From NCBI GenBank assembly GCA_963767925.1, contig CAVYGB010000010.1, forward strand, positions 1,504,001-1,568,000: a stretch of DNA of 64,000 nt. Reading direction: 5' to 3'. The translations under genes were made by a program, and so were the position numbers. The first letter of the stretch is position 1. Each line of letters begins with the position of its first letter. Positions 59,812-64,000 of the stretch are shown piece after piece. The notes under the pieces were generated by a model. The model saw only the letters and a list, made by a program, of their open reading frames with translations, was not told where the DNA came from and searched no databases. The DNA is from an uncultured delta proteobacterium (GTDB lineage: Bacteria > Myxococcota_A > Polyangia > Fen-1088).

Positions 59812-61080
59812 TCACGGCGCCGCCCCCGGCGCCCGCGCCGGCGCGGGGTGGAGCAGCATCTCGAAGCGGGCGTGGGTGGGCGCGGCCCGGGCCGGCCGGG
59901 GAAACCGCACCGCCCGCTTGAGCCGCTGCTCGAGGCAGGCCGGCACCTCGCCCCAGCCCGCCGGCGTCTCCGTCTCCACCCGGCGCAGGCCGCCCCGCTC
60001 GTCGATGGTGAGCTGCAGCCGCAGGCGCACGGTGGACCCGGTCAGCGGCGGCGCCGTCTCGAAGCAGGGCTCGAGGGCCTGCGTCTGTCCCTTGAGGGCG
60101 GCGTCCAGCAGGGGCGCCGGCAGCGGGCCATCGGCCTTCAGGGTGGCCGCCCCGATCACGCGCAGGGGCCCCGCCGCCGGCGGCAGGACGCCCTCGGGGG
60201 CCGGCGGCCCCCCGGCCAGCGCCCGCAGGTGGGCCTGCGCCCGGGCCAGGAACCGCGAGCGCGGGACCTCCTGGGCGAAGCGCCGGAAGGCCTCGATCGC
60301 CTCCTCCCGCCGGGCCAGCACCCGCAGGGCCAGGCCCCGGTAGTAGTGCAGGTCCCCGGGCGGCACGAAGAACACGTCGCCGCTGCCGCCCTCCGGATCG
60401 AGCAGCCGCAGCCGGGGATCGAGCGAGGCGGCCCGGGCGATCGCCTCGCGCGCGGCCACCTCCTGGTCGTCGCGGTCGAGCGCCACCCCCAGCCCGTACA
60501 GCCCCAGGGCCAGCCCCTCGTCGCGCTGCCGCCCGGTGGGCGCGCGCTCCTCGAGCCGGATCGCCTCGCGGTAACGGCCGGCCGCCTCGCCCAGCCGTCC
60601 CAGCGCCATGAGGATCTCGCCCGAGTTCGTGTAGGCGATGGCCTGGGGGGTGCCCGAGCGCAGGTGCCGGTCGTAGCTGGCCAGCGCCTGGTCCAGGCGG
60701 CCCCCCCGCGCCTCCTCCACCGCCAGCCGGAGGGTGCAGGTGCTCTCCTCCTCCGACGACTCGGCCAGGTTGCAGGCCCGCCCGAGGGCTCCGATGGCCT
60801 CGGCCGCCCGGCCCTGCAGGACCAGGGCGTCCCCGCGCAGGAAGCTGGCCGCGAAGTGGCGCGGCTTGCGGCGCAGCGCCTCGGCCAGCATGGCCTCCGC
60901 CCGGGCGGCGTTCTCCCGACCGGGGCCCCCCGCCACGCTCCGGTCGAGCTCGGTCCGGGCCCGGGCCACGAGCTGATCGACGACCGCGCCGTCCGGGTCG
61001 GCCACCCGTTCCCAGAACCCGGGGGCCGCCGCGGCCGGGCCCGAGAGCAGCAAGATCTGCGCACAAGCCGCGACGCGCAC
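59812..61080 (-). CDS. TPR-repeat protein with AgmX/PglI-like (TonB_C-like) C-terminal domain
   Basis: TPR helices (AYTNSGEILMALGRLGEA); C-terminal CFE...LQLTIDERG...ACL...FPRP. Confidence 0.75.
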   Translation of the reverse strand: MRVAACAQILLLSGPAAAAPGFWERVADPDGAVVDQLVARARTELDRSVAGGPGRENAARAEAMLAEALRRKPRHFAASFLRGDALVLQGRAAEAIGALGRACNLAESSEEESTCTLRLAVEEARGGRLDQALASYDRHLRSGTPQAIAYTNSGEILMALGRLGEAAGRYREAIRLEERAPTGRQRDEGLALGLYGLGVALDRDDQEVAAREAIARAASLDPRLRLLDPEGGSGDVFFVPPGDLHYYRGLALRVLARREEAIEAFRRFAQEVPRSRFLARAQAHLRALAGGPPAPEGVLPPAAGPLRVIGAATLKADGPLPAPLLDAALKGQTQALEPCFETAPPLTGSTVRLRLQLTIDERGGLRRVETETPAGWGEVPACLEQRLKRAVRFPRPARAAPTHARFEMLLHPAPARAPGAAP

Positions 61081-61318
61081 GCCCGGATCCTAGGACCGCG
61101 CCGCGCCTCCGTCGAGCCGTTTGTCGCGCGTCGTTTGGCTCGGATCAGCCGGCCGCGGCCGCCCGCTGGTCTGTGGGCGGGTGGGCTCAAGTTCCGGAGG
61201 GGCAGTTCCGATGAATGGGCCGCCCCGGCGTTCGGGGGTTCCGGCGGCGCCTGCGGGCGGCGCCGCAACCCCGGCGGTCGACCGCCAGCCTCGGGGTGGC
61301 CAACCCATCCCGCAGACA

Positions 61319-62137
61319 ATGTTGACCCCGGACGAGCGCGCCCGCACCCTCACCTACCTACACGCGCTGAGGCGCAAGGAGGGTGGATACGCCGATCAGC
61401 CGGCCAACGACCGCTCCGGCCTGCAGCACACGGTCAATGTCTGGAAGGCGATGCGGCTGCTCGACGAGAGCGTCGAGGACGTCCGCGGCACCCTCTCGTA
61501 CGTGCACCGCTGCTTCGACCCGGGCAGCGGCGGGTTCGGTGAGCGCCCGGACGTGGCCGCCACCGTGCTGTCGACCGCGCTGGCCCTCATCCTGCTGCGC
61601 GGCCTCGACGACGCCGGCGCCCTGGCCGAGTGGAGCCGGCCCGCGGCCAGCTTCCTCGGCACCCAGGCCCGCTCGGCGATGGACCACTTCCTCGTGGTGG
61701 CCGCCCACCAGGAGAGCCGCCTGAGCGGGCCCGCCCCCGCGACCTCGCTGGAGTTCTTCCGCGCGCGCCGGCTGCCCGACGGCACCTTCGGCGACAGCGC
61801 CTTCGCCAACGCCATCGCCTGCTGCGGGCTGCTGCGAGCCCGGGCCAAGCTCCCCCACCCCGCCCCGGTGGTGGGCCGCCTGCTGCGCGCCCAGACCAGC
61901 GAGGGGGGCTTCGCCGATCTCACCGGCCCGCCCGACCTGCTCACCACCTACGCCGCCACCCAGGCCCTCGGCCTGCTGTCGCCGGACCCGCCGGCCTTCG
62001 ACGGGGCCGCGCTACGGCGCTACGTCCTCGCCTTGCGCCGGCCCGAGGGCGGGTTCGCCATGAGCCCGGGCGCGCCCGCCAGCGCGGGGGCCACCTACCA
62101 GGCCCTCTCCGTGCTCGCCGGCCAGGCCCCCTGCTGA
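61319..62137 (+). CDS. Prenyltransferase/squalene oxidase repeat protein
   Basis: Repeated EGGY/SGGF/DGTF/EGGF motifs followed by T-Y-A-x-x-L helices. Confidence 0.8.
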   Translation: MLTPDERARTLTYLHALRRKEGGYADQPANDRSGLQHTVNVWKAMRLLDESVEDVRGTLSYVHRCFDPGSGGFGERPDVAATVLSTALALILLRGLDDAGALAEWSRPAASFLGTQARSAMDHFLVVAAHQESRLSGPAPATSLEFFRARRLPDGTFGDSAFANAIACCGLLRARAKLPHPAPVVGRLLRAQTSEGGFADLTGPPDLLTTYAATQALGLLSPDPPAFDGAALRRYVLALRRPEGGFAMSPGAPASAGATYQALSVLAGQAPC

Positions 62138-62150
62138 CGACCGCCGAGCG

Positions 62151-62927
62151 CTAGGGCCAGCGCCAGGTCAGGCTGCGGCGGTGCTCGTGCCGGCGGCGCA
62201 GCTCGAGCAGGGCGCGGTTCTCGAACAGCTTCACGAAGACCACGCCCGCGACGAAGCCGCCGATGTGGGCCCAGAAGGCCACGCCACCCGAGGGCTCGCT
62301 GACCCGGCCGAGCTGGGGCAGGCCCGAGAGGATCTGAAAGCCGATCCACCAGAGCAGCACCAGGTAGGCCGGCACGCGGATGATCTGGATGAAGATGACG
62401 ATGATGAACAGCACGTTGACCCGCACGCGCGGGTACAGCACGAGGTAGGCCCCCAGCACGCCCGAGATGGCGCCCGAGGCCCCCACCATCGGCACCGGCG
62501 AGGCGGGGCTGACGGCGATCTGGGCGGCCGCCGCCGCCAGGCCACACAGCAGGTAGAACACGAGGAAGCGGAGCCGGCCCATGCTGTCCTCGACGTTGTT
62601 GCCGAAGATCCAGAGGAAGAGGGCGTTGCCCAGCAGGTGCATCCAGCCGCCGTGCAGGAACATCGACGTGATCGGGGTGAAGACGTTGATCTGCTCGTTG
62701 TCGATCAGGCAGGCCAACCCCTCGCCGATCGGCACGCCGCTGCCCAGCCGGGCCCGCCCGGTCAGCTCACCCGGGATGAGGCCGAGGTTGCAGACGCTGG
62801 TGGCCAGCGCGATGTCGTCGAACCCCGCGCCCTGCACGAACACCCAGACCACCCCGAGGGCGGCGAGGAGGGCGATGGTCACGACCGGCGTGCGGAGGGT
62901 CGGGTTCTCGTCGTAAAGCGGAATCAT
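62151..62927 (-). CDS. Rhomboid intramembrane serine protease
   Basis: SMFLHGGWMHLLGN, GASGA, AHIGGF. Confidence 0.95.
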   Translation of the reverse strand: MIPLYDENPTLRTPVVTIALLAALGVVWVFVQGAGFDDIALATSVCNLGLIPGELTGRARLGSGVPIGEGLACLIDNEQINVFTPITSMFLHGGWMHLLGNALFLWIFGNNVEDSMGRLRFLVFYLLCGLAAAAAQIAVSPASPVPMVGASGAISGVLGAYLVLYPRVRVNVLFIIVIFIQIIRVPAYLVLLWWIGFQILSGLPQLGRVSEPSGGVAFWAHIGGFVAGVVFVKLFENRALLELRRRHEHRRSLTWRWP

Positions 62928-63073
62928 GCCGGGTCCCGGAGTGGCAGCTTAGCTCGACCGGGGCCCGAGTCATGTAACATCGCACATGGCGCACCGTCGT
63001 CGGATTGGCACCGGTCCGACCTCCGCCGGGTCGGGCAGCGCCGTCCCGGCTGGCCGCCAGCCGGGTGTTTCCC

Positions 63074-63799
63074 TCAATCGCTGTCGGGATCGGGATCACC
63101 GGGGCCGTGCCCCTTCTGACGGCGCTTGTCCTCGTACATGCGCTCGTCGGCCCGCAGGTACAGCTCGCGGAAGCTGGTGCCGTCTTCCGGGTAGCTGGCC
63201 GCGCCGATGGCGAGCGAGAGCTGGCTCGGGCGCCGCCCGCTGCAGGCCCGCAGCTCGTTGCGCAGCCGGGCCACGAGCTGGGCGCTCTCCCCCGTCCCCA
63301 GCTCGCGCAAAATGACCGCGAACTCGTCGCCGCCGATGCGGCAGCAGACGTCGTGCTCGCGCAAGCGGGTCTTGAGGAAGCTCCCCGCCCGCTTGATGAC
63401 CCGGTCACCGGCGGCGTGCCCCTCGTAGTCGTTGACCAGCTTGAGGTCGTTGATGTCCAGCACCAGCAGCGAGAACCGCCGCCAGGCATCGCGGGAGCCG
63501 AGGCTGATCTCCTCGCCCAGCCGCTCCTCGAAGTAGCGGCGGTTCCACAGCCCGGTCAAGGTGTCGCGGTAGGCGAGGTGGCGATAGGCCTCGAGCTCGG
63601 CGACCACCCGGCGCAGCTTCGCGTTCTCGCGCTGCAGGTCCCGGACGAGCTCGCTGTCGCTCGGCTCGACCGCTCCCGCGGTCTGTTGCTCGGGCGGGGC
63701 CAGGCTGCCCGGGTCCACCACCTCGTACGTGTCGGTCCGATTCACACGGGGCCGCTCAGGCGCTTCGTAGGCGGGCCCGATCGACGGAACGGATTTCAT
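63074..63799 (-). CDS. GGDEF diguanylate cyclase with N-terminal coiled coil
   Basis: DTLTGLWNRR, REHD I-site (RxxD), GGDEF, ADERMY. Confidence 0.93.
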   Translation of the reverse strand: MKSVPSIGPAYEAPERPRVNRTDTYEVVDPGSLAPPEQQTAGAVEPSDSELVRDLQRENAKLRRVVAELEAYRHLAYRDTLTGLWNRRYFEERLGEEISLGSRDAWRRFSLLVLDINDLKLVNDYEGHAAGDRVIKRAGSFLKTRLREHDVCCRIGGDEFAVILRELGTGESAQLVARLRNELRACSGRRPSQLSLAIGAASYPEDGTSFRELYLRADERMYEDKRRQKGHGPGDPDPDSD

Positions 63800-63815
63800 G
63801 ATGCCCCCGCCCTGC

Positions 63816-63831
63816 AGCAAGCTCCGGGCCA
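63816..63831 (-). promoter_or_regulatory. Putative sigma54 promoter (TGGCCC-GGAGC-TTGCT)
   Basis: Near-consensus -24/-12 elements just upstream of the GGDEF gene. Confidence 0.6.
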
Positions 63832-64000
63832 GCGCTCTGCCCCCGGAAGGGAACGGTTTCCCCCCCTCGGAGCGCCAGAAAAATGACGCCGCACCGTCCC
63901 TCCCACCCCAAAAGCGTCACAAAAATGGCGCCACGAATCCCCCGCCCCGCTCACCGGGAGGGATCGGAGGCGTCCTCGTCAGGTCGGAGACCCCTCACCC

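Overview
This is a very GC-rich bacterial chromosomal segment, most likely from a myxobacterium (phylum Myxococcota). The lineage is inferred from a MYXO-CTERM-like sorting tail, an AgmX/PglI-like C-terminal domain, a Ser/Thr kinase, a PilY1/minor-pilin cluster and many lipoproteins with Gly/Pro/Asp-rich linkers. Housekeeping genes include groES-groEL (with two CIRCE-like operators), panB, panC, a deoxynucleoside kinase and a Uup-like ABC-F ATPase. Accessory content includes a lower-GC islet (degraded HipA-like kinase, HipS/HIRAN gene and vapBC), a divergently split pilY1-pilX / fimU-pilV-pilW cluster, and algI/algJ facing two polysaccharide-deacetylase-like genes. Several accessory genes are frameshifted, either as pseudogenes or through assembly indels. 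The most notable items are: (1) a STAND-type ATPase regulator bracketed by two copies of a 24-bp dyad motif, each preceding an outward-reading neighbour gene; (2) an ECF sigma factor fused via a hydrophobic segment to a LamG domain; (3) a gluconolactonase/PQQ sugar-dehydrogenase fusion; (4) a PilY1 whose vWA domain is interrupted by ~290 aa of Cys repeats; and (5) degenerate tandem 'echo' duplications of gene ends. I could not support any rRNA, tRNA, CRISPR array or transposase. All family calls come from motif recognition by eye, not database searches.
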